Of a DNA stretch of 64,000 nt, positions 30,972-39,229 are shown piece by piece (position 1 is the first letter of the stretch; every line of letters begins with the position of its first letter). This DNA comes from Candidatus Latescibacterota bacterium. GTDB lineage: Bacteria; Latescibacterota; UBA2968; UBA8231. A program made the position numbers and the translations under genes. The notes beneath the pieces were generated by a model. The model made no database searches. It saw only the letters and a list, made by a program, of their open reading frames with translations, and was not told where the DNA came from. The stretch lies in NCBI GenBank assembly GCA_965203355.1, contig OZ241889.1, forward strand, positions 832,001-896,000, given 5' to 3'.

Positions 30972-33823
30972 CCACAGATGTTAGGCTTCCGGTTGAAGGA
31001 TGTTGGGTTCGGCGGCGCGGTACTACGAGGAGTCCGTCGGGGATAGTAGTGAAAAAACCCATAGAAAAAAGCTCATTAAAGGTCAAAGTTAAGTGGCCTG
31101 ACCATCGGGAAGAGTGGATAGATGTTGGGAGCTTGGAATCGGGTTTTCAATCGGGCTGGACCGTTCAGGATGTGCCAATCTCGGCAACACGCAAGTCGCG
31201 AGGACGGGGAATAATCGTTAGCCAACGCAAAATAGCTCAACATGATCAGTACCTCGTGCAATTCGACGAAGACGGACGTTCAGATTGGTTGCCATACGAG
31301 AATCTACGTCGAATCAAATCAGTGAAAATGCGTTACGAGCGTACCGAAACGGGTATCGAAGACCACGCCGAGAGATTCCGGCTTCGACTTTTGGCACACG
31401 CACTCGAAAACTGGAATCACCTGACTGGTTCGCTAGATCGCTTGGATGTCGACCCGCTACCGCATCAGATCCAACTCGTCCACCGGATTTTGAGTTCTGG
31501 AAACTACAACTGGTTAATAGCCGATGACGTCGGACTAGGCAAAACCATCGAGGTCGGATTACTTCTTGCAGCTCTCAAGCGCAAAGGACAAGCACGTCGT
31601 GTGCTGGTAGTTTCGCCGGCTGGCCTAACTCGACAATGGCAGGACGAGCTCAAGTACAAGTTTGACCAAACATTTATGATATACGGACGTGATTTCAATA
31701 TTCACGATCACGATCACTGGAAACGCTACGACCATGTAATTGTCTCCATTGATCTCGCCAAGCGGGAAAATCACCTGGATATATTTCGGCAGGCCGATGG
31801 ATGGGACATCGTTGTATTCGACGAAGGCCACAAGCTCACCCGACATGCCAGTGGCGATCGAGCAGATCGCTATAAATTGGCAGAAATGCTGCGGCCGATG
31901 TCCGATAGTTTTTTTCTTTTAAGTGGTACCCCTCATCAAGGTTATGTGGATCGATTTATATCGATCTTGGAGCTCGTACGGCCGGATCTAAGCCGACAGA
32001 TACACACACTCAGATTAAATCCAGAAATCGTGAGCGAACTGATTCTGAGAAATCGCAAAAGCGAGGTTACTGACGCCGATGGTCAATTCATTTTTAAAGG
32101 GCAAGACATACATCGGATTCCGGTGAAGCCATCAAGAGAAACGATCAAATTCCAGACATTACTGGACGGTTATCTACGACACGGTTATAGATCAGGAGAA
32201 AGGGGAGGGAATACCGGTCGTGCCATCGGATTCGTTATGACAACATATCGAAAACTCGCCTCGTCTAGCATTGCAGCCATCGAACGCTCCCTCCAGTTGA
32301 GGCTAGAAAAGTTATCTGGCGAATCGGATGAAGACAAAGCAAATAGTCGCGATAGAGAATTGACGCTAGACGACCTGTCCGAGGGAGGAGATGACCAAGA
32401 CGATCTTGCAATGAGTATGTCGAGTACTGGGACTAGGGAATTTTTCGCTCACGAACGGGAGATGATCGAAGGCTTGCTTGAGGCAGCAAAGGTCGTGTAT
32501 CAGAATGACGAGAAGCTACAAATATTTCTCAATAAAGTTGTTGCACCGCTTGTTGAGAAAGGCGAGAAGCTATTGGTCTTTACGGAATACCGGGGAACAC
32601 AATCTTACCTCAAGGAAGCACTTGAGAATAAATTTCCCGAAGTAGGAGAGATTGAACTTATAAATGGCTCAATGGGATTGGACGAGAAACTAGAGGCCAT
32701 TAGTGCTTTCAATGAGTCGGCGCAGTTTATGGTTTCAACGGAAGCTGGCGGCGAGGGCATCAATCTACATGAGTCGTGTCACGTGATGGTAAACTACGAT
32801 CTACCATGGAATCCGTCTCGGTTGGTCCAGCGTATTGGCCGATTATACCGATATGGTCAAAAGGAGAAAGTCGTTGTCTTTAACCTACACGCCCGCGATA
32901 GTTTCGATAACTCTGCGATTGATTTGATGCTTCAACGTATAACTAATATCGTGCAGGACATGGCGCCGGTAGGAGAAGAGTACAATGAAAGACTTGATGC
33001 CGAGATTTTAGGCGAAATTTTGGAGAATATGGACCTAGCCTCAATTCTGAGATCGGCAACGGACATGAACACCAAGCGCACACAAGAAGAGATCGATAAA
33101 GCACTGAAGCGAGCTCAAGAAGCTAAAAAATTGCAAGATGAGGTTTTTACTCACGTTGCAGGCTACGACCCGAACGCTTTAGGAGGTACTATTGGCTTTA
33201 CGATGCAGCACGTTGATCTATTCATTCGCAATATGTTGCCGATCGCTGGGATTGGCCTGCAAACGACTCTATACGATGGAGAAGTTTTGGAAATCCGCCT
33301 ACCCAAAGACCTGCAAGGCGAGTTCCCTGAATTTGGCCGACGAACGGTAGTGAGAGTCACAACGAATCGACGACTTTCGCACCGACTCCGAGATGTCGTG
33401 TTACTCGATTTTGAAACGCAGTTTTTTCAGCATTTGATCAAGTTGGCAAAATCACAAGAATTTGATGGTCTGTACGCTTCGGCCTTATCGAATGTAGGAG
33501 AGCCGGGGATACTTGCCGCATTTAAGCTGCGCTGGCAGAATGATCAAGGAAAGGCATTGACTGAGGAGTTCGTCCCACTGTTTGCTACCGCTGATGGGAA
33601 GGTTTCAGAGAATCCACCATTCCTTGCCGAGTGGCTAATGTCTCAGATTAAGTCTGTGCCGGTGCCCAACTCTGACAGGGCAATTCGCGGTGAGGCTTAC
33701 AATGGTCTGATAGAGGAGGCTGACAGGATCCTTGATTCCAAAAGTACGCGATTCAAATATCCAAACGGCCGGGTAGATCTCGCAGCGGCGGATTGCAGGC
33801 CACGAAAGAGTAACATTGATTAG
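30968..33823 (+). CDS. SNF2-family (RapA/HepA-like) SF2 helicase/ATPase
   Basis: PLPHQ, IADDVGLGKTIE, DEGH, LSGTPHQG, STEAGGEGINL, NYDLPWNPSRLVQRIGRLYRYGQ; ATGA overlap with the upstream gene. Confidence 0.95.
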   Translation: MTTDVRLPVEGCWVRRRGTTRSPSGIVVKKPIEKSSLKVKVKWPDHREEWIDVGSLESGFQSGWTVQDVPISATRKSRGRGIIVSQRKIAQHDQYLVQFDEDGRSDWLPYENLRRIKSVKMRYERTETGIEDHAERFRLRLLAHALENWNHLTGSLDRLDVDPLPHQIQLVHRILSSGNYNWLIADDVGLGKTIEVGLLLAALKRKGQARRVLVVSPAGLTRQWQDELKYKFDQTFMIYGRDFNIHDHDHWKRYDHVIVSIDLAKRENHLDIFRQADGWDIVVFDEGHKLTRHASGDRADRYKLAEMLRPMSDSFFLLSGTPHQGYVDRFISILELVRPDLSRQIHTLRLNPEIVSELILRNRKSEVTDADGQFIFKGQDIHRIPVKPSRETIKFQTLLDGYLRHGYRSGERGGNTGRAIGFVMTTYRKLASSSIAAIERSLQLRLEKLSGESDEDKANSRDRELTLDDLSEGGDDQDDLAMSMSSTGTREFFAHEREMIEGLLEAAKVVYQNDEKLQIFLNKVVAPLVEKGEKLLVFTEYRGTQSYLKEALENKFPEVGEIELINGSMGLDEKLEAISAFNESAQFMVSTEAGGEGINLHESCHVMVNYDLPWNPSRLVQRIGRLYRYGQKEKVVVFNLHARDSFDNSAIDLMLQRITNIVQDMAPVGEEYNERLDAEILGEILENMDLASILRSATDMNTKRTQEEIDKALKRAQEAKKLQDEVFTHVAGYDPNALGGTIGFTMQHVDLFIRNMLPIAGIGLQTTLYDGEVLEIRLPKDLQGEFPEFGRRTVVRVTTNRRLSHRLRDVVLLDFETQFFQHLIKLAKSQEFDGLYASALSNVGEPGILAAFKLRWQNDQGKALTEEFVPLFATADGKVSENPPFLAEWLMSQIKSVPVPNSDRAIRGEAYNGLIEEADRILDSKSTRFKYPNGRVDLAAADCRPRKSNID

Positions 33824-33892
33824 ATCATTATGAAATTGTGCATTGTACAGATCGAATCCGATCACCCAACCCCCTGAACGCCGGAGGATTCC

Positions 33893-35437
33893 ATGGCCCC
33901 CCCCGATTACACGTCAAAGGTCCCCTACCACACCTTCCCCGACACCTTGGCCGAACAAGAGGAAGAACTGGCCGCCAATCCGCTGATGCAGCGCCTGCTC
34001 GAAGCGCGCCGCTCGTACGCCGGCGATCCGCATCGTCCCATCTACCACTACATCAACCCCGAGGCCAATCTCAACGACCCCAACGGGCTTTGCTGCTGGC
34101 AGGGCCGCTACCATCTCTTCTACCAAGCCTATCCACCGGAGGATACCCGCCAGCACTGGGGCCACGCCATAAGCGACGACCTCGTCCACTGGCGCGACCT
34201 GCCGTACTGCATTTATCCGCACCCAGAGCGCTGCTGTTTTTCAGGGGCCACGCTGGTCGAAGAAGACCGCGTCATTGCCATGTACCACGGCACCGAGGTC
34301 GGCAACATGGTCGCCACTTCGGCGGACCCGCTCCTGCTCAACTGGAAAAAGGTCGCCAACAAGGCCGTGATCCCCATTCAGCCCGGCCAGCCCTACCGAG
34401 TCTTCGACCCCTGCATCTGGAAGCAAGGCGACGCGTACTACTCGCTGTCGGCGGGCACCAAACCCGAAGGTCCGGCCAACAAGCCCGTCCGCGCCAACTT
34501 TCTCTTCAGGTCGAGCGATCTCGAACACTGGGAGTACCTCCACCCTTTTGTCGAGGACGATGGATACACGCTAGTCGGCGACGACGGAGCCTGCCCCTAC
34601 TTCTGGCCGATCGGCGACCGCCACATCCTCCTCTTCTTCAGCCATAGAAGCGGCGGCCAGTACCTGCTTGGCGACTACGACACTGAGCGCGACAAGTTCG
34701 TCGTAACCTATGGGGCCAAGTTCAACTTTGGCGCGGCCGGGCCGTCGGGCGTCCACGCTCCCTCGGCGACCCCCGATGGCCAGGGCGGCGTCTTGGTCCT
34801 CTTCAACATGAACCCCGGCAAGCCGACTAAGAACTGGAACCAGATTATGACCTTGCCTCGCCGACTGACTGGGGTCGGCGACGCTTTGGCCATGGAGCCG
34901 GCCGGCGACCTTGAGTCGCTCCGGCGCGACCACCAGCACATCGGCAAAACCACTCTCCCCGCCAACAAAGAACTCGTCCTCGATGAAGTCCGGGGCAATG
35001 CCATGGAAATCGTCGTCGAGCTGGATCCCCAAGACGCGCCCATGGTCGAACTCAATGTCCTGCGCGCGCCCGGCAAGGAGGAGCACACGCGCATCGCCTT
35101 TTTCAAAAACCGGGGCTTCAGCAACCGCGTCTTTGGCAGCGACCGCCACCAGAGCCTAATCTCGCTCGACACCTCGTATGCTTCGGTCGCGCCCGATGTC
35201 CTCTCTCGCGCTCCAGAAACCGCCCCGGTCATCCTCGCCCCAGGCGAGACGCTCAAGCTGCGGGTTTTTGTCGATAAGAGCGTCGTCGAAGTTTTTGCCA
35301 ATGGCCAGCAATGCGTGGCCGCCCGGGTCTATCCCGACCGCGCCGACAGCCTTGGGGTCTCGTTGCGCGCACAGGGCCAGCGCGCCGAATTGGTCTCGCT
35401 CGACGCCTATCAGATGCAGAACATCTACGCTCAATAG
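33893..35437 (+). CDS. Glycoside hydrolase family 32-like protein (non-canonical acid/base motif)
   Basis: NDPNG, YHLFYQ, WGHA.S.DLVHW, FSG, FDP, LPRRL, FVDKSVVEVF. Confidence 0.92.
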   Translation: MAPPDYTSKVPYHTFPDTLAEQEEELAANPLMQRLLEARRSYAGDPHRPIYHYINPEANLNDPNGLCCWQGRYHLFYQAYPPEDTRQHWGHAISDDLVHWRDLPYCIYPHPERCCFSGATLVEEDRVIAMYHGTEVGNMVATSADPLLLNWKKVANKAVIPIQPGQPYRVFDPCIWKQGDAYYSLSAGTKPEGPANKPVRANFLFRSSDLEHWEYLHPFVEDDGYTLVGDDGACPYFWPIGDRHILLFFSHRSGGQYLLGDYDTERDKFVVTYGAKFNFGAAGPSGVHAPSATPDGQGGVLVLFNMNPGKPTKNWNQIMTLPRRLTGVGDALAMEPAGDLESLRRDHQHIGKTTLPANKELVLDEVRGNAMEIVVELDPQDAPMVELNVLRAPGKEEHTRIAFFKNRGFSNRVFGSDRHQSLISLDTSYASVAPDVLSRAPETAPVILAPGETLKLRVFVDKSVVEVFANGQQCVAARVYPDRADSLGVSLRAQGQRAELVSLDAYQMQNIYAQ

Positions 35438-35450
35438 AAAGGAGCACACC

Positions 35451-36185
35451 ATGAACGAAGAAGAAAAATTCGCCTTTGACCTAGCGGGTTATCTGGTCAT
35501 CAAAGACGTCCTCAGCCCGCCGGAACTGGACGATCTCAACGCGCTGGTCGCCCGGCACATCGACGGCTGGGATAACCACCCTCGCAACGATTTGAACAAA
35601 GTCAGTAGCTGGAGCCAAGCCACCAAAAGCCTGATTGACCATCCCAAAATCCTGCCCTACTTAATCGAACTCATCGGCCCCAAGGTCCGCATTGACCACG
35701 ACTACGCCATTATCATGAATCGCGGGGACTCCCGCGGCGGTCTCCACGGCGGTCCGAGCCAAGACACCGACCACTGGTTCAGTTACCGCGACGGCCAGAT
35801 GCGCAATGGCCTGAGCGTGGTGACCTTTTTTCTCGCCGATGCCAATGAGGGCGACGGCGGCTTTGCCTGTGTGCCGGGCAGCCACAAAACCAATTATCCC
35901 CGCAATCTGCCCCAAGATGTCAGGCATTTCGAGCGCGACGCGCATTACGTGGTCCAACCGACGGCTAAGGCCGGGGACGCGCTGTTTTTTACCGAGGCCC
36001 TCATCCACGGCACCATGCCGTGGTGCGCCGAGCATCAACGCCGCACCTTGCTCTACAAGTACAGCCCCGGCTACTCAACGTGGGCCAAGGAGTTTTACAA
36101 CCTCGAGGAGTACGGCGCGCTGACCGAACGACAGAAGCGCATCATGGCCCCCCCTTCGATGCACGACCACCCCGAGATCGTTTAG
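35451..36185 (+). CDS. PhyH family dioxygenase
   Basis: AAGGAG RBS; GYLVI, LHGG, GGFACVPGSHK, FTEALIHGT..W....RR.LLYKY. Confidence 0.9.
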   Translation: MNEEEKFAFDLAGYLVIKDVLSPPELDDLNALVARHIDGWDNHPRNDLNKVSSWSQATKSLIDHPKILPYLIELIGPKVRIDHDYAIIMNRGDSRGGLHGGPSQDTDHWFSYRDGQMRNGLSVVTFFLADANEGDGGFACVPGSHKTNYPRNLPQDVRHFERDAHYVVQPTAKAGDALFFTEALIHGTMPWCAEHQRRTLLYKYSPGYSTWAKEFYNLEEYGALTERQKRIMAPPSMHDHPEIV

Positions 36186-36205
36186 GTCAGGAGCGCATCC
36201 ATGCT

Positions 36206-36253
36206 ATGTCCGCCCGCTTGCTAAGCGAAAAGAAAGCCTTTGTCACCGGCGGC
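36206..36253 (+). pseudogene. N-terminal stub of an SDR
   Basis: AGGAG RBS then MSARLLSEKKAFVTGG, after which similarity stops. Confidence 0.5.
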
Positions 36254-36269
36254 GTCCTTGCGTTAGCTG

Positions 36270-36614
36270 TATTACCGGGGCGTCCCCGAAAACAACTACG
36301 CCGAACTGTTCTACGACTTTATCCCCGCGTGGATCGCGCCGCAGGACTTAGAGGCCGTCAAGATACTACGCTATCCGATGGTTCAGCTACCGCAGAGTAT
36401 GATCGAGAAGGACGCTGGCGCGTGTGTGGCTTCTTTCTTTAAGGACCAGCGGATGTGGTTGGGGTTTGCCGTGCCGTTCATCTTGCTCAGTCTCAACGCC
36501 CTCAACCAATACTTCCCGTTCGTACCCGGTCCGGTTTTCCTTCTTAAAACATACCTTTGTTTGGCAGATCGAATCGCGTACTTCGCCGATGGGTACTGGC
36601 TGACGAATATGTGA
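36270..36614 (+). pseudogene. Internally deleted remnant of a DUF6785/DUF6784-like multi-pass membrane protein
   Basis: PENNYAELFYDFIPAWIAPQD / LRYPMVQLP / MWLGFAVP..L.SLNAL..YFP / WLTNM-stop: motifs normally far apart are juxtaposed. Confidence 0.6.
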
Positions 36615-36747
36615 TATTTTGCGCGGATGCACCGCGGTAATGTCATTGTTTGTCAGGTGTCTGGAGCTTTGCTTTGGATAGTCCGATTATTTATAATTTG
36701 AGAACACTGAGATCGTTATAGTACATCGGCGTAAATAGGTTCACAAA

Positions 36748-37934
36748 ATGTCTACGATTACGTCACGACCCAAGATACAACGCTACCATTCGCTTGACTG
36801 CTTGCGAGCCGTCATGATGTTACTGGGTTTGGTTTTTCATTCTTCATTGCATTATTTTCCGGTTCCATACCTCAGGAATCAGATTTATTTGGACACAAAG
36901 ACGAGTGTTTACTTTCAGCACATATTTAGTTTCATCCACAGCTTCCGTATGCCAGCCTTTTTCTTGATTGCCGGGTTCTTCGCGGCCTTTCTGTGCGACA
37001 CGCGCGGGACAAGGACGTTCTTGAAACACCGCCTAAACCGCATAGGTATCCCACTCGCCTGTTTCATGCCCATTCTAACTCCGATAGTCGGTTTATGCGT
37101 ATACTATGCACAACTTTTCACGGTCGGCCCCTTATTTCCCGACCCCAGTTTCAGCTCGATATTTAATGGCCTGTTTATGCATCTCTGGTTCCTGTACCAT
37201 TTGCTAATTCTCTCTGTTGTTGCCGTCCCTGTCAGGAGTCTCATCCGTCGTCTGCGTGCGGATTTACGCGACCGCATACTCAACACCTTCGCACGAATGC
37301 TCTGCCGTCCTTATGGTCTAGTTCTACTAGCCGCAATAAGCGGTTTGACGCTATACCGCATGAAGTATTGGACACTTGACTATACAGGTTCTCCTCTCCC
37401 GCCCCTGCATATTTTAGCTACATACGCAGTATTTTTTATTGTTGGGTGGCTAATTTTCAAACGCCGCGAAGTTCTCGAGGGTTTTAAATCGCGTGCTTGG
37501 GAACATTTTGTCATTGGCCTTGTGTGCCATGGGCTATACCAGTTCTTTTATTTTCAAGGGTATGGAGATGATACCGCAGTTCGCGCTCATGTCCTAGCAA
37601 TGGCCTGTCTGGCCCTGTCGATATGGGCGTTGATTTATGGCTTCCTCGGGTTGTTCTTGCGTTATCTCGACAAACCGAGCCGCTACTGGCGCTACGTGTC
37701 TGACGCTTCGTACTGGATGTATATCATTCATTTTCCAGTAACCATCGCCTTGCCGCCCTCTTTACAGACCTTCCCCTTCCCTCAGGCATCAAGTTCAGCC
37801 TCACACTCATTGGGACAACGGCCATCACGCTGGTCACGTACCATTATTGGGTTCGCGGAACCTTTATCGGCGAAAGGCTCAACGGACGACGCTATCCGAG
37901 GGTGGTGCCGTGGCGAGAAGTCCCTACCACCTGA
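36748..37934 (+). pseudogene. Acyltransferase-3 (OpgC/MdoC-like) membrane protein with a frameshift near 37755
   Basis: RYHSLDCLRA.MM.LG..FH, IHSFRMPAFF, DASYW.YI.H; canonical tail KFSLTL...YHYWVRGTFIGERLNGRR is in another frame ending at TGA 37934. Confidence 0.8.
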
Positions 37935-38335
37935 ATCTGTCGCTGATCAAGTGGGCTGGTGCCCACGGCTGGCCGTACATCGGCCCGACCATTCTCGACC
38001 AGCCCGAAGCCAACATGCGCGGTTGGCTCTTTAAGGGGATTGGCGCGGCCGTGGAGGGCTTTTTAATGTGGGCGCAGCACCGATGGTTTTGGTGGCCTTT
38101 TCACCCGATCGGCTTTGCCATTGCCGTGGGCTGGCTGACGAGTCAGATCTGGTTCTCGGCGCTGATCGCTTGGCTTCTGAAACTGGTCATCCTGCGCTTT
38201 GGCGGGGTGCGTTTGTTTCAGAATGCCAAGCCGTTTTTTCTGGGGTTGATTTTGGGCGAGGTGTCCGTGTCGGGCGTGTGGGGCGCGATCTATGCGATGA
38301 CCGCGGAAAAGGGGCGCTGGCTGACGAATATGTGA
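37931..38335 (+). pseudogene. C-terminal fragment of a DUF6784-like membrane protein
   Basis: WWPFHPIGF, WFS..IAW..K..ILRFGG, PFFLGLILGE; no start codon or RBS. Confidence 0.75.
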
Positions 38336-38424
38336 TTTGTGGTTTTATACGGATGCGGCGCGGCTCGTTCGCGCTGGCTACCGAAACGCATTGGGTCGCA
38401 CAGACCGCTAAACGGAGCGACGCT

Positions 38425-38715
38425 TCACATCGCTCCGATTGCGGTGGCCCGCTCTCGGCGCGCCTGGGCAAGTTCATAGCTCGCCTGCATCCGCATCCAG
38501 TGCTCGGCGGTGCCCCAGCCGATGTGCTCCAATGCCAGTGCCATGTTTGCGGACACGCCGGCTTTGCCGTTCAGGAGGCGCGAAATCGTCCCGCGTTCGC
38601 AGCCGAGGTGGGCCGCTGTCTCGGTGACGTTCCAGCCGACCTCTTCCATGTTTTCGCGGATCAGTTCTCCTAGGTGCGGTGGGTTCAGCATGGGTCCAAT
38701 TCGTTCGCTGCTCAT
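38425..38715 (-). CDS. higA: HigA-family antitoxin
   Basis: PPHLGELIRE, A..LG..R..ISRLLNGK..VS..MAL, W.RMQ..Y.L. Confidence 0.92.
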   Translation of the reverse strand: MSSERIGPMLNPPHLGELIRENMEEVGWNVTETAAHLGCERGTISRLLNGKAGVSANMALALEHIGWGTAEHWMRMQASYELAQARRERATAIGAM

Positions 38716-38734
38716 AGTCGCTCTTCCTTTCCAA

Positions 38735-39007
38735 TCAGTGATAGTCGATTAGGTCCACATCTACGGCCTCGCCGTCCTCGAAGCGGAACACCACGCGCCA
38801 GTTGCTGGATACGCGCACACTCCACTTGCCTACCTGATCCCCCTTCAACGGATGTAGCCGGAAGCCTGGCGAGTCTGCGCTGCCGGGATGTGTTGCCTCT
38901 TGCAGCCGAAACAGGATGCGCCGGAGACGTGGTACCAAGCCTGCTGGCAGCCGTGCCGGGTCGTCCCACTCGTGCAGTGCCCGCAGTCCTTTGTGTCTAA
39001 TCTTCAT
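38735..39007 (-). CDS. higB: HigB/RelE-family toxin (killer protein type)
   Basis: HKGL, PGFRLHPLKGD..G.WSVRVS.NWR..F.F...DVDLIDYH. Confidence 0.93.
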   Translation of the reverse strand: MKIRHKGLRALHEWDDPARLPAGLVPRLRRILFRLQEATHPGSADSPGFRLHPLKGDQVGKWSVRVSSNWRVVFRFEDGEAVDVDLIDYH

Positions 39008-39015
39008 GGACCTTG

Positions 39016-39044
39016 AATGTGGCGCACAGCGTTACACGCCGCAA
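39016..39044 (-). promoter_or_regulatory. higBA promoter with an imperfect inverted-repeat operator
   Basis: TTGCGG-N17-CACATT on the minus strand; TGTGGCGC-N3-GCGTTACA dyad at 39018-39036. Confidence 0.55.
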
Positions 39045-39229
39045 GTAGGCGATTTGGAGTGCTGCGGTTAGAAGCAGGCGACAGCAGGTCTAGTGTCGTC
39101 ATTTTATCTCTACACTGCTTGGCCGTCTAATTGGGAATAGTTTTTGAATGGGCGCACACATCTCTATATCTTTTTAAATTATTCCGGCAGCGTTGCCGAC
39201 GTGCAGAAATTTCAAAGAAAGGTACGCCC

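Larger units (their letters stand above)
36596..38336 (+). repeat. 20-bp identical direct repeat CTGGCTGACGAATATGTGAT at 36596-36615 and 38317-38336, with weaker similarity on both sides
   Basis: Both copies encode WLTNM-stop and are followed by ...CGGATGC..CGCGG. Confidence 0.9.

Noticed and set aside
29805-33823. DISARM, Zorya, Dpd or housekeeping rapA assignment for the SNF2 gene
   Set aside because: None of the required partner genes is adjacent, and the cassette is compositionally foreign.
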